A stretch of DNA of 48,528 bases from Candidatus Aenigmatarchaeota archaeon. Lineage in GTDB: Archaea > Aenigmatarchaeota > Aenigmatarchaeia > Aenigmatarchaeales > Aenigmatarchaeaceae. The stretch is from assembly GCA_011773475.1 (NCBI GenBank), contig WVXN01000001.1, forward strand, positions 13,699 through 62,226, in the 5' to 3' direction. This document shows, piece by piece, positions 24,074 through 31,828 of the stretch; within the stretch, counting starts at the first letter, position 1, and the number at the start of each line of letters is the position of its first letter. The position numbers and the translations under genes were made by a program. The notes under the pieces were generated by a model, which searched no databases, was not told where the DNA came from, and worked only from the letters and a program-made list of their open reading frames with translations.

Positions 24074-24766
24074 ATGAAAGTGAAACTTCTTCGCTATACT
24101 CCTAATCCAGAAATAACATGCGCTTTAGCAGCCCAAACGTCTTATAGCACAAAATATTATGATGAAAGAAAAGAAAAAATGACTTTAGAAAAAGCTAGAA
24201 AAACTCTAAGAAAAGTAATTGGATATGGTCATGTATCTGTAATAGAGCATGCTTCCTTTACATTTGCTCTAGAAGATGTGAGCCGTGTTTTAGAGATTCA
24301 ATTGGTTAGACACAGATTAGCTTCTTACACAATAAAATCAGGAAGATATAATAAAGCCCATTGTGATATTGTAATACCTCCTAAAATTGCTAAAAATGAA
24401 AAAGCACTTAAAAAACTCAATGAATTTGTTGAACAGAACACGAAAATAATTCAGGATCTTTTAGATATGGGTATACCATTTGAAGATGTTAGAATGCTTT
24501 CTCCTCAGGGAATCAAGACAAATATTATTGTAACAATGAATGCTAGAGAACTATTACATTTTTTCAATTTAAGGTGCTGTGCTAGGGCTCAATGGGAATT
24601 AAGAGTAGTTGCTGACGAAATGCTTAAACAAGTTAAAAGAGTTGCTCCTGTGATATTTGAAAAAGCAGGCCCTTCCTGTATAGCTTTAGGATATTGTCCG
24701 GAAGGTGAATTAAAACCAGAAACCTGTAATCTAATTGAAATAAAGATGAAATTCTCATCAATGTGA
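24074..24766 (+). CDS. thyX: FAD-dependent thymidylate synthase ThyX
   Basis: ThyX signature RHRLASYTIKSGRY (RHRxxSxxxxSxRY). Confidence 0.9.
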   Translation: MKVKLLRYTPNPEITCALAAQTSYSTKYYDERKEKMTLEKARKTLRKVIGYGHVSVIEHASFTFALEDVSRVLEIQLVRHRLASYTIKSGRYNKAHCDIVIPPKIAKNEKALKKLNEFVEQNTKIIQDLLDMGIPFEDVRMLSPQGIKTNIIVTMNARELLHFFNLRCCARAQWELRVVADEMLKQVKRVAPVIFEKAGPSCIALGYCPEGELKPETCNLIEIKMKFSSM

Positions 24767-24770
24767 TTTA

Positions 24771-24926
24771 ATGGGTATAAAAGGTCTAATAAGAGATAGT
24801 ATTATGACTTATGTAGGAATTCAACTACTTGTAGGAGGATCAGATAATTTCTCATTAGCAATGATATTAATAATTACAGCCATAATATTTACAATAATAG
24901 GTTTTTTGAGAATGAGGTACGGTTAA
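24771..24926 (+). CDS. Small membrane protein (51 aa, below track cutoff)
   Basis: MGIKGLIRDSIMTYVGIQLLVGGSDNFSLAMILIITAIIFTIIGFLRMRYG*. It exactly fills the thyX-glyA gap, and its stop abuts the glyA ATG. Confidence 0.35.
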   Translation: MGIKGLIRDSIMTYVGIQLLVGGSDNFSLAMILIITAIIFTIIGFLRMRYG

Positions 24927-26174
24927 ATGTTAGATGAAGTAATTAAAATCGTTGAAAATCACCATAAGTGGAGAAGGAAAGAATGTATAAATCTAATTGC
25001 TTCAGAGAGTGTTATGTCTCCTTTAGCAGAAAAATTATTTGTTTCTGATTTTGAAGGAAGATATAATGAACATACATCAGGAAATTGTCATTATAAAGGA
25101 ACCAAACATTCTTATGAAATAGAAGACCTTTGTAATAATATTTTTAGAAAAAAATTTAACACAAGATTTGCTGATACAAGACCTCTTTCTGGAGGAATAG
25201 CAAATCTGACTGTTTATGCAGCATTCACAAAACCAGGAGACATTTTAGTTAGTCCTGGAATACCAAATGGAGCTCATATAAGTCATACTAGATGGGGATT
25301 GGCAGGAGTAAGGGGATTGAAGAATGTTGATATGTTTTTTGACAAAGAAAAAATGAATATTGATGTAGAAAAAACAATTGAAATTATTAAAAGGGTTAAT
25401 CCAAAAATAGTCATGTTTGGAGCTTCAATGTTTCTGTTTCCACATCCAATAAGAGAAATAAGAGAATCGATAGATGAAAACATAAAAATTATTTATGATT
25501 CTGCCCATGTTTTCGGCCTTGTTTATAATGAAAAATTTCAAAAACCCTTTAAAGAAGGTGCAGACATAATAACTTCCTCAACTCACAAAACATTTCAGGG
25601 ACCTCAGGGCGGAATTGTAATAGGAAATAATAATCTGGATGAAAAAGACTGGGAAAAAATAGAAACTGCTTTATTTCCTAAAGTTATGTCAAATACACAT
25701 ATTCACAGATTTCCTGCTCTGTCTGTTACTGCTTTGGAAATGAACGAATTTGGAGAAGAATATTCAAAACAAGTTATGAGAAATGCAAAAGCTTTAGCTA
25801 GAGCGTTAACAGATCAAGGTTTCGAGGTTTTATGTCCTGATTTAGGCTTTACAGAATCCCATCAAGTTATAGTAAATGTGAAGGAATTTGGTGGAGGAAA
25901 AATTGTTGCTAACACTCTTGAGAACTGTAACATAATTTGCAATAAAATGGCATTACCTACAGACTCTCCCCATGATGCATTAAAGAATCCTTCAGGAATA
26001 AGATTGGGGGTTCAGGAAATGACAAGATTCGGAATGAAAGAAAATGAAATGAAATTAATTTCATCCTTTTTCAGAGATGTATTAATTGATGAAAAGGATG
26101 TTGAAAAAATCAAGGAAGAAGTTACTGGTTTAAGAAAACAATTCCCGCAAATAAAGTTTTGTTTTAAGGTCTGA
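24927..26174 (+). CDS. glyA: Serine hydroxymethyltransferase
   Basis: PLP-Lys motif SSTHKTFQGPQGG. 415 aa. Confidence 0.9.
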   Translation: MLDEVIKIVENHHKWRRKECINLIASESVMSPLAEKLFVSDFEGRYNEHTSGNCHYKGTKHSYEIEDLCNNIFRKKFNTRFADTRPLSGGIANLTVYAAFTKPGDILVSPGIPNGAHISHTRWGLAGVRGLKNVDMFFDKEKMNIDVEKTIEIIKRVNPKIVMFGASMFLFPHPIREIRESIDENIKIIYDSAHVFGLVYNEKFQKPFKEGADIITSSTHKTFQGPQGGIVIGNNNLDEKDWEKIETALFPKVMSNTHIHRFPALSVTALEMNEFGEEYSKQVMRNAKALARALTDQGFEVLCPDLGFTESHQVIVNVKEFGGGKIVANTLENCNIICNKMALPTDSPHDALKNPSGIRLGVQEMTRFGMKENEMKLISSFFRDVLIDEKDVEKIKEEVTGLRKQFPQIKFCFKV

Positions 26175-26176
26175 GA

Positions 26177-26857
26177 ATGAAAGGAAAATTCATATTGTTT
26201 GAAGGTATTGATTCCTCTGGTAAAAAAACTCAAGCCAATCTTCTTGCTGAAAGATTAAGAAAAATTGGCAAGAAAGTTGAAATAATTCGTTTTCCTACTT
26301 ATAAAAAAACTCCCTTAGGTATACTTGTAGCCAAATATCTGAAAGGAGATTTTGGTTCAAAAGAGGAAATAACACCTGAAATAGGCTCTTTATTTTATTC
26401 TTTAGATAGGCATCAATTTCAAAAAGAAATTAAAGAAAAATTAGAAGCTGGAATAAATGTTATAGCTGACAGATACACTGCTTCTAACATATTTCAGGCA
26501 GCCAAACTTGAAGGTGAAAAAAGATTTGAAATATGGGAATGGATAAAAGATATTGACAGAAGATTACCTCAACCAGATGCAACAATAGTATTGAATGTTC
26601 CTACCAAAATCTCAAAAAAATTATCTCTTGAAAAAGAACAAAAAAATGTTCTTATGAGAAAAGGGGAGATAGACATTCATGAAGCAGATGAAAACTATCA
26701 GGAAAAGGTTAGAAGAACATATTTGGACATAGCTGAAAAAGAAAACTGGATAGTAATAAATTGTTGCAAAGAAAAAGAAGAAGAATTTGAATTCATAACA
26801 CCTGAGAAGATTCATGATAAAATCTTTGAAGAATTAAAAGGATTAGATATTTTCTAA
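26177..26857 (+). CDS. tmk: Thymidylate kinase
   Basis: P-loop FEGIDSSGKKTQ and the DRY-type motif ADRYTASN. Confidence 0.85.
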   Translation: MKGKFILFEGIDSSGKKTQANLLAERLRKIGKKVEIIRFPTYKKTPLGILVAKYLKGDFGSKEEITPEIGSLFYSLDRHQFQKEIKEKLEAGINVIADRYTASNIFQAAKLEGEKRFEIWEWIKDIDRRLPQPDATIVLNVPTKISKKLSLEKEQKNVLMRKGEIDIHEADENYQEKVRRTYLDIAEKENWIVINCCKEKEEEFEFITPEKIHDKIFEELKGLDIF

Positions 26858-27690
26858 ATAACATCGACATCTTTTTCTGTTATAATAGTTTGCTCATATA
26901 TGATCTTAACATTATAGTGACCTTCATTGAGATCTAAATAACCATCAAAAGGAATTGAACCAACGCATGCAATACATATCCCACCCATACTTTTCGAGGT
27001 TATTTCTATTGTTATTTTAGAATCATTCATAGAATAGGATCCTTCTAATTCATGACAAGGATCCGAGGTTATAACAAAGCCGGAAAATGTTATTTTATTA
27101 TTCTCTCCAATTATTTCTGTTGTTCCTTTTTTTTCTTCAGAATAATTTCCAGAATAACAAGTTCCTGTTCCACTGTTGAATGTGAAATTCGTAACATTAG
27201 TTATATTAACTCCTCCTACTCCAGTTGTAGCTGCCCTTTGTTCAGTTGGTGGAGTAGGTGTTGTTGTTTCTTCAGGCATTTTTGTTTCTTCAATTGGTTG
27301 AGTTATTTCTCCTTCTGGAGGAACACTAATTGAAGGCATTGCTCCGACTGTTGCATAAGGTGTATAATTTACATAGTAGAGCATAAATCCAGCAAAAGCA
27401 ACTACGGCAACCAAGCTTAAAACAATAATGAATTGAGCAGGAACTTTAGGTTTTACCAAAGCTGAACCTTTTTTAGTTAAACCATAATAAATCCATTTAT
27501 GTCCTGTCTCCTCTCTTCTAACTAGATTAGCCTCTTCTAACCTATTCAAATGTTCAACAACAGTTGAAGCAGCCAAATTTAACTCTTTAGACAATTCAGA
27601 GGGGGTTTTCCTTCTTTTGCCTAGACTTTTCAATATATCCAATCTTGTGTCTGCTGCTAATGCTTTAAGGGTTTTTCTATCTATCTCCAT
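26854..27690 (-). CDS. Membrane-tethered ArsR-type winged-helix regulator with Cys-containing extracytoplasmic domain
   Basis: wHTH TRLDILKSLGKRRKTPSELSKELNLAASTVVEHLNRLEEANLVRREETGHKWIYYGLT. TM helix FIIVLSLVAVVAFAGFMLYY. A ~170-aa outside domain with a T/P linker and 5 Cys. Confidence 0.8.
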   Translation of the reverse strand: MEIDRKTLKALAADTRLDILKSLGKRRKTPSELSKELNLAASTVVEHLNRLEEANLVRREETGHKWIYYGLTKKGSALVKPKVPAQFIIVLSLVAVVAFAGFMLYYVNYTPYATVGAMPSISVPPEGEITQPIEETKMPEETTTPTPPTEQRAATTGVGGVNITNVTNFTFNSGTGTCYSGNYSEEKKGTTEIIGENNKITFSGFVITSDPCHELEGSYSMNDSKITIEITSKSMGGICIACVGSIPFDGYLDLNEGHYNVKIIYEQTIITEKDVDVI

Positions 27691-27693
27691 AGT

Positions 27694-27710
27694 TTAGAAT
27701 TAAATTCTAA
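27694..27710. promoter_or_regulatory. Palindrome TTAGAAT-taa-ATTCTAA between a TATA-like box and the regulator ATG
   Basis: It lies 4-20 nt upstream of ATG 27690, with TTATAAAG (minus strand) just upstream. Position is typical of an archaeal repressor operator. A chance palindrome cannot be excluded. Confidence 0.3.
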
Positions 27711-27727
27711 TACTTTATAAGCTTTCA

Positions 27728-28255
27728 TTATTGTTCGGTCTCAACCGAATCATCTTCTTTATTAAGGTCTTCAAAAAATTTCTTTGCATCTTCTGGATTT
27801 TCTAAACCAAAATAATTGGCAAATTCTTTGGTTGCAATCAAAGCTTTTGTCCTAGAGTGCTTCATGGTTTTTATTAAACCTCTTTCTTCCAATCTTTTCA
27901 CATACTCATAAGTCCTGTTGCCAATAACTTTAACAATTTCAGCTTGAGTAATTGGTTGTTTGTATGCAACCAGAGCTAAAACTCTTAATAAACCTCTTCC
28001 CAAGTCTCTGTAAGGAGTTAATCTTCTAACAGAAGAAGCAAACTCTGGCTTAACTCTTATTTGATAACCTTTAGAGGTTTCTATAACATGAACACCGTGC
28101 TCTGGTTTTTCAAATTCTCTCTTGAATTCTTCTATTAATTCTTTTATTTTCTCAGGTTCAGTTTTAAACATTTTTGATAATCTTTCTATTGATACAGGCT
28201 TATTAGCCATAAATAAAGCAGCTTCTACTGATGATTTTAGTCTTTCTCCTCTCAT
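27728..28255 (-). CDS. scpB: Segregation and condensation protein B
   Basis: Tandem wHTH pattern (VEAALFMANKPVSIERLSK...LALVAYKQPITQAEIVKVIG). It follows scpA. Confidence 0.85.
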   Translation of the reverse strand: MRGERLKSSVEAALFMANKPVSIERLSKMFKTEPEKIKELIEEFKREFEKPEHGVHVIETSKGYQIRVKPEFASSVRRLTPYRDLGRGLLRVLALVAYKQPITQAEIVKVIGNRTYEYVKRLEERGLIKTMKHSRTKALIATKEFANYFGLENPEDAKKFFEDLNKEDDSVETEQ

Positions 28256-28271
28256 TTAATCACATAATATA

Positions 28272-28958
28272 TTATTCTCTCAACTTAACTAATATTTCTT
28301 TAAACAATTCTTCTTGATGTAAATGTATTTTCCCATCATGGGACAAATGCAACAAAGGTATCAAAGCCTCTACAATTTCTTTTCGACCCCATCTTTTCAC
28401 AAGTCTAGAAAATTCTATATTATTTATATCCATTAGTGCTTCATTGATTTGTGATAGTAGTTTGTCTATTCTCCGTGTTATGTCTTCCTCTGGAAGGGGG
28501 ACTGCAATTTCAACAGCTCTCTTTACCCTTCTTCTCCTTTCAACCCTTCTATCTTGTACTTGATAAGCCTTTCTTAGAGCATTTATGAGTTCATTTAAAG
28601 TGACGTTCCTTAATGGAATTCTTTTAAGAGGAGGCTGTAATGGTGGAACAGAAGCTAAGATCCTTAACATTTCATCAGGTTCTTTTTCTGATTCAGGAAT
28701 AAATATCTTTTGTTTTTTCTCTATTAGAACATCAGATTTCATTCTCAAAAGAATTGCAGATATTAAAATGAACCTTGCTGGTATTTTCAAGTCTAATTTT
28801 TCTATTTTCTTAACGTATATTAAAAAAGTGTTTGCAAGTCTAATAATATCTATAGACCAAGGATCCATTTGTTCTTCTGCAACTATTTTTACAATTACAT
28901 CTTCCCAGCTTGGCTCAGAAACCATTAAGTCAATTAGTTGTTGATCTGATAACATCAA
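28272..28958 (-). CDS. scpA: Segregation and condensation protein A (kleisin)
   Basis: N-terminal ...EQMDPWSIDIIRLANTFLIYV and C-terminal wHTH ...EIVEALIPLLHLSHDGKIHLHQEE, typical of ScpA. Confidence 0.8.
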   Translation of the reverse strand: MMLSDQQLIDLMVSEPSWEDVIVKIVAEEQMDPWSIDIIRLANTFLIYVKKIEKLDLKIPARFILISAILLRMKSDVLIEKKQKIFIPESEKEPDEMLRILASVPPLQPPLKRIPLRNVTLNELINALRKAYQVQDRRVERRRRVKRAVEIAVPLPEEDITRRIDKLLSQINEALMDINNIEFSRLVKRWGRKEIVEALIPLLHLSHDGKIHLHQEELFKEILVKLRE

Positions 28959-29482
28959 AACACCAATTCTTTAATATTTTTGTTATATTTTTCAATATAA
29001 TAACGATAGGATCTGTTATTCAAATTTTTTATTTCAAGTTTTTTACCAATTTGTCTAATTATATCTTCATTTTCGGCTTCTATTTCGCAAAACCATCCTA
29101 TTTTAGGCAATTCGTCAATAACTATCTCAGCACTATCTAAATAATGGGTTTCTCTATTTTTTTCGTATCTAAATATAATATCAAGGCCTAGAAAATTTAG
29201 AATCTTAACTATTTCAACAAAATCTTTAATTTCGGTTTTGGTTTCTTCTCTAATTTTTGTTTTTCCTTCTTCCTTAGAACCTTTGAATTCTAAAATTATT
29301 TTTTCACCGTTTTTTCTTAATCTTAAATATTTATCTTCTTTTTCAAATCTTTTATCTGGAAAATCAAAGAAAATATCAACTACTCTTTTCTTGCCTAAAA
29401 ATTTAGCTCCTACTTCTTTTAATTTTTTCCTTAATTCTTCAGGATTTTCTAACTCTGCTTTCATTTCAATTTCTTTGGACAT
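28955..29482 (-). CDS. CYTH-domain protein (triphosphate tunnel metalloenzyme / class IV adenylate cyclase-like)
   Basis: N-terminal ExExK signature (EIEMKAEL). 175 aa. Its stop overlaps the scpA start (ATGA). Confidence 0.7.
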   Translation of the reverse strand: MSKEIEMKAELENPEELRKKLKEVGAKFLGKKRVVDIFFDFPDKRFEKEDKYLRLRKNGEKIILEFKGSKEEGKTKIREETKTEIKDFVEIVKILNFLGLDIIFRYEKNRETHYLDSAEIVIDELPKIGWFCEIEAENEDIIRQIGKKLEIKNLNNRSYRYYIEKYNKNIKELVF

Positions 29483-29535
29483 TTTTCTCTAGTAAAGCTT
29501 TAATATCAATATCTTATAAATTTATCTAGAGAGTT

Positions 29536-29904
29536 ATGGTTAAGATTTCACAAAAACTTATCACTGTTTTAATTTTAACAGTTTTAATTAGTGGTTGCAC
29601 TGTACAACAGCAAACTATTGAATTGAAAATAGGTGAGACAAAAAACGTTCAAGTAGTTTCACAACCGACTGTTATTAAATTAGTTAAATTAGATGTTTCG
29701 GACCAGAATGCTGATTTTTCTGTATACGATCCTAGAGCTGAAGAGTCGAGTAAATATAATTTTACAATTGAGAGGGGAGGAACAAAATCCATAATGAATA
29801 CTTACAATGAATATACCGACATCACACTGAACGATATCAAAACTGAAAGTGTAGTAATTACTTTAAAGAAAGGTAAACCAAGTGGTGGAGGCGAACCTGA
29901 TTGA
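29536..29904 (+). CDS. Small lipoprotein-like secreted protein (hypothetical)
   Basis: Signal peptide with lipobox-like LISGC. Confidence 0.55.
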   Translation: MVKISQKLITVLILTVLISGCTVQQQTIELKIGETKNVQVVSQPTVIKLVKLDVSDQNADFSVYDPRAEESSKYNFTIERGGTKSIMNTYNEYTDITLNDIKTESVVITLKKGKPSGGGEPD

Positions 29905-29914
29905 GAGAGATATT

Positions 29915-31231
29915 ATGAAAAGAAGAAGAGTCATAATAATGGGAGCTCAAGGTAGAGACTACCATAATTTTAATGTTTTCTTTAGAAAAAACAGAAAATA
30001 TGAGGTTGTGGCTTTCACAGTCGCACAAATTCAAATGAAGAATAGAATTTATCCGAAAATATTAGCAGGAAAATTGTATCCTAAAGGAATTCCAATTTTT
30101 CCTGAAAAATCTTTACTTAATTTAATTGAAAAATATAAAGTGGATGAAGTTGTTTTAGCATACTCAGATCTATCTCACGAAGAAGTCATGCAGAAAGCTT
30201 CTCTTGTTTTATCTTGCGGTGCTGATTTTAAACTAATGGGACCAAAACAAACTATGTTAGAATCGAAAAAACCTGTAATAGCTGTTACTGGTGTTAGAAC
30301 TGGAGCTGGGAAAAGTCCTACATCAAGAAAAATTTGCAGAATATTAAAATCAAGAGGAATCAATTTTGTTGTTGTAAGGCATCCTATGCCTTATGGAAAA
30401 TTGGAGGAAATGATAGTTCAAAGGTTTTCCATTAAAACTGATTTGGAAAAATATAATTCTACAATTGAGGAAAGAGAAGAATACGAGCCTCATTTAGAAG
30501 AAGGCAATATTGTTTACGCTGGTGTTGATTTTGAAAAAATATTAAAGCAAGCTGAAAGAGAAGCTGATTTAATAGTCTGGGACGGAGGAAATAATGATTT
30601 GCCTTTTATTAAACCTGATTTGCATATTGTAGTTGCTGATGCAAGAAGACCTGATCATGAACTATTGTATTATCCTGGGGAAACTAATGTTAGAATGGCT
30701 GATGCTGTAATAGTTAATAAAGTTGGCACTGCCAATCAAATGCATGTCCAAAGAGTTATTGATAATGTTAAATCAATAAACAAAAAAGCTGTTATCATAA
30801 AAGCTGCGATGGATAGATTTGTTGATAGGCCCGAATTAGTAAGAGGAAAAAGAGTTTTGATTGTAGAAGATGGACCTACTCTAACTCACGGTGGTCTGGG
30901 TTTTGGTGCAGCAACAATTGAAGCTAAAAATTTAGGAGCTTTTATAATCAGTCCCAGAAGTAAGGCTGTTGGATCAATAAAAGATATTTTTGTTAAGTAT
31001 CCTCATTTAGGAACAGTTTTACCTGCAATGGGTTATTCTAGAAAGCAAATGGAAGAATTACAAGAAACCATAAACAGTGTGGAATGTGACAGTGTTTTGA
31101 TTGGAACTCCTGTTGATTTGAGAAATCTTCTTAATATCAATAAACCAGCTGCCAGAGTTAGATACGAGATAAGGGAAATTGGAAAACCTGATTTAGATGA
31201 TGTATTAAAAAGATTCTTAAGAAAGATTTAA
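29915..31231 (+). CDS. COG2403-type predicted GTPase / cyclic 2,3-diphosphoglycerate-synthetase-like protein
   Basis: Start moved to ATG 29915. RVIIMGAQGRDYHNFN..., PVIAVTGVRTGAGKSPTSR (P-loop-like) and VVRHPMPYG. Family assignment is from memory of this pattern, not from a search. Confidence 0.5.
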   Translation: MKRRRVIIMGAQGRDYHNFNVFFRKNRKYEVVAFTVAQIQMKNRIYPKILAGKLYPKGIPIFPEKSLLNLIEKYKVDEVVLAYSDLSHEEVMQKASLVLSCGADFKLMGPKQTMLESKKPVIAVTGVRTGAGKSPTSRKICRILKSRGINFVVVRHPMPYGKLEEMIVQRFSIKTDLEKYNSTIEEREEYEPHLEEGNIVYAGVDFEKILKQAEREADLIVWDGGNNDLPFIKPDLHIVVADARRPDHELLYYPGETNVRMADAVIVNKVGTANQMHVQRVIDNVKSINKKAVIIKAAMDRFVDRPELVRGKRVLIVEDGPTLTHGGLGFGAATIEAKNLGAFIISPRSKAVGSIKDIFVKYPHLGTVLPAMGYSRKQMEELQETINSVECDSVLIGTPVDLRNLLNINKPAARVRYEIREIGKPDLDDVLKRFLRKI

Positions 31232-31264
31232 ATAGTTTATTTTTTAATACTGTTTAGTGATAAC

Positions 31265-31828
31265 ATGTCTAGTATAGCGGCCCAATATATAATTGATAAT
31301 GAGCAAGAGAAAGGTCGTTATGTAAGATTAGGAAGGAGAGGAATTATTACAGGAATAGTTAATGTAAGTAGAGAGATATTGAGGTTTCCTTATCCAACAT
31401 CAGAAACAGAAGAAGTGGATTTACAAGAAATAATTGAAAATGAATTTTTAGAAGAACCTGAAAAAATAGAAAGAAGAGAAATTGATGGTAAAGAAACAGG
31501 AGAAATAGAAATGCTTAAAGTAGATATCATAGTTCCCTATCTTTCTGAAAAAGGTAAGAGCAGATTGTTAAACGCTACATCAGATCAAGGTTTGGATTTA
31601 GATGTTAAATGTATTGAACGAGACGAAGTTAAAAAATATCTTCTTCCAGGAGAGAATTTTGTAACCACAAACAGCGGAAAATTAAAAAAAATTAGAGTGA
31701 CAGGAGTTCAAACAGACTATACAGATCTCCCTATATTAACTCAAATAGATACGATATTAGGTTTTCCAGATTGTTTTGCAGAAAAACTTAACTCATTTGT
31801 TAAAATGGAGAAGAAATCGGAAAATTAA
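31265..31828 (+). CDS. Hypothetical protein
   Basis: ATG ORF of 187 aa. No motif recognised. Confidence 0.5.
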   Translation: MSSIAAQYIIDNEQEKGRYVRLGRRGIITGIVNVSREILRFPYPTSETEEVDLQEIIENEFLEEPEKIERREIDGKETGEIEMLKVDIIVPYLSEKGKSRLLNATSDQGLDLDVKCIERDEVKKYLLPGENFVTTNSGKLKKIRVTGVQTDYTDLPILTQIDTILGFPDCFAEKLNSFVKMEKKSEN

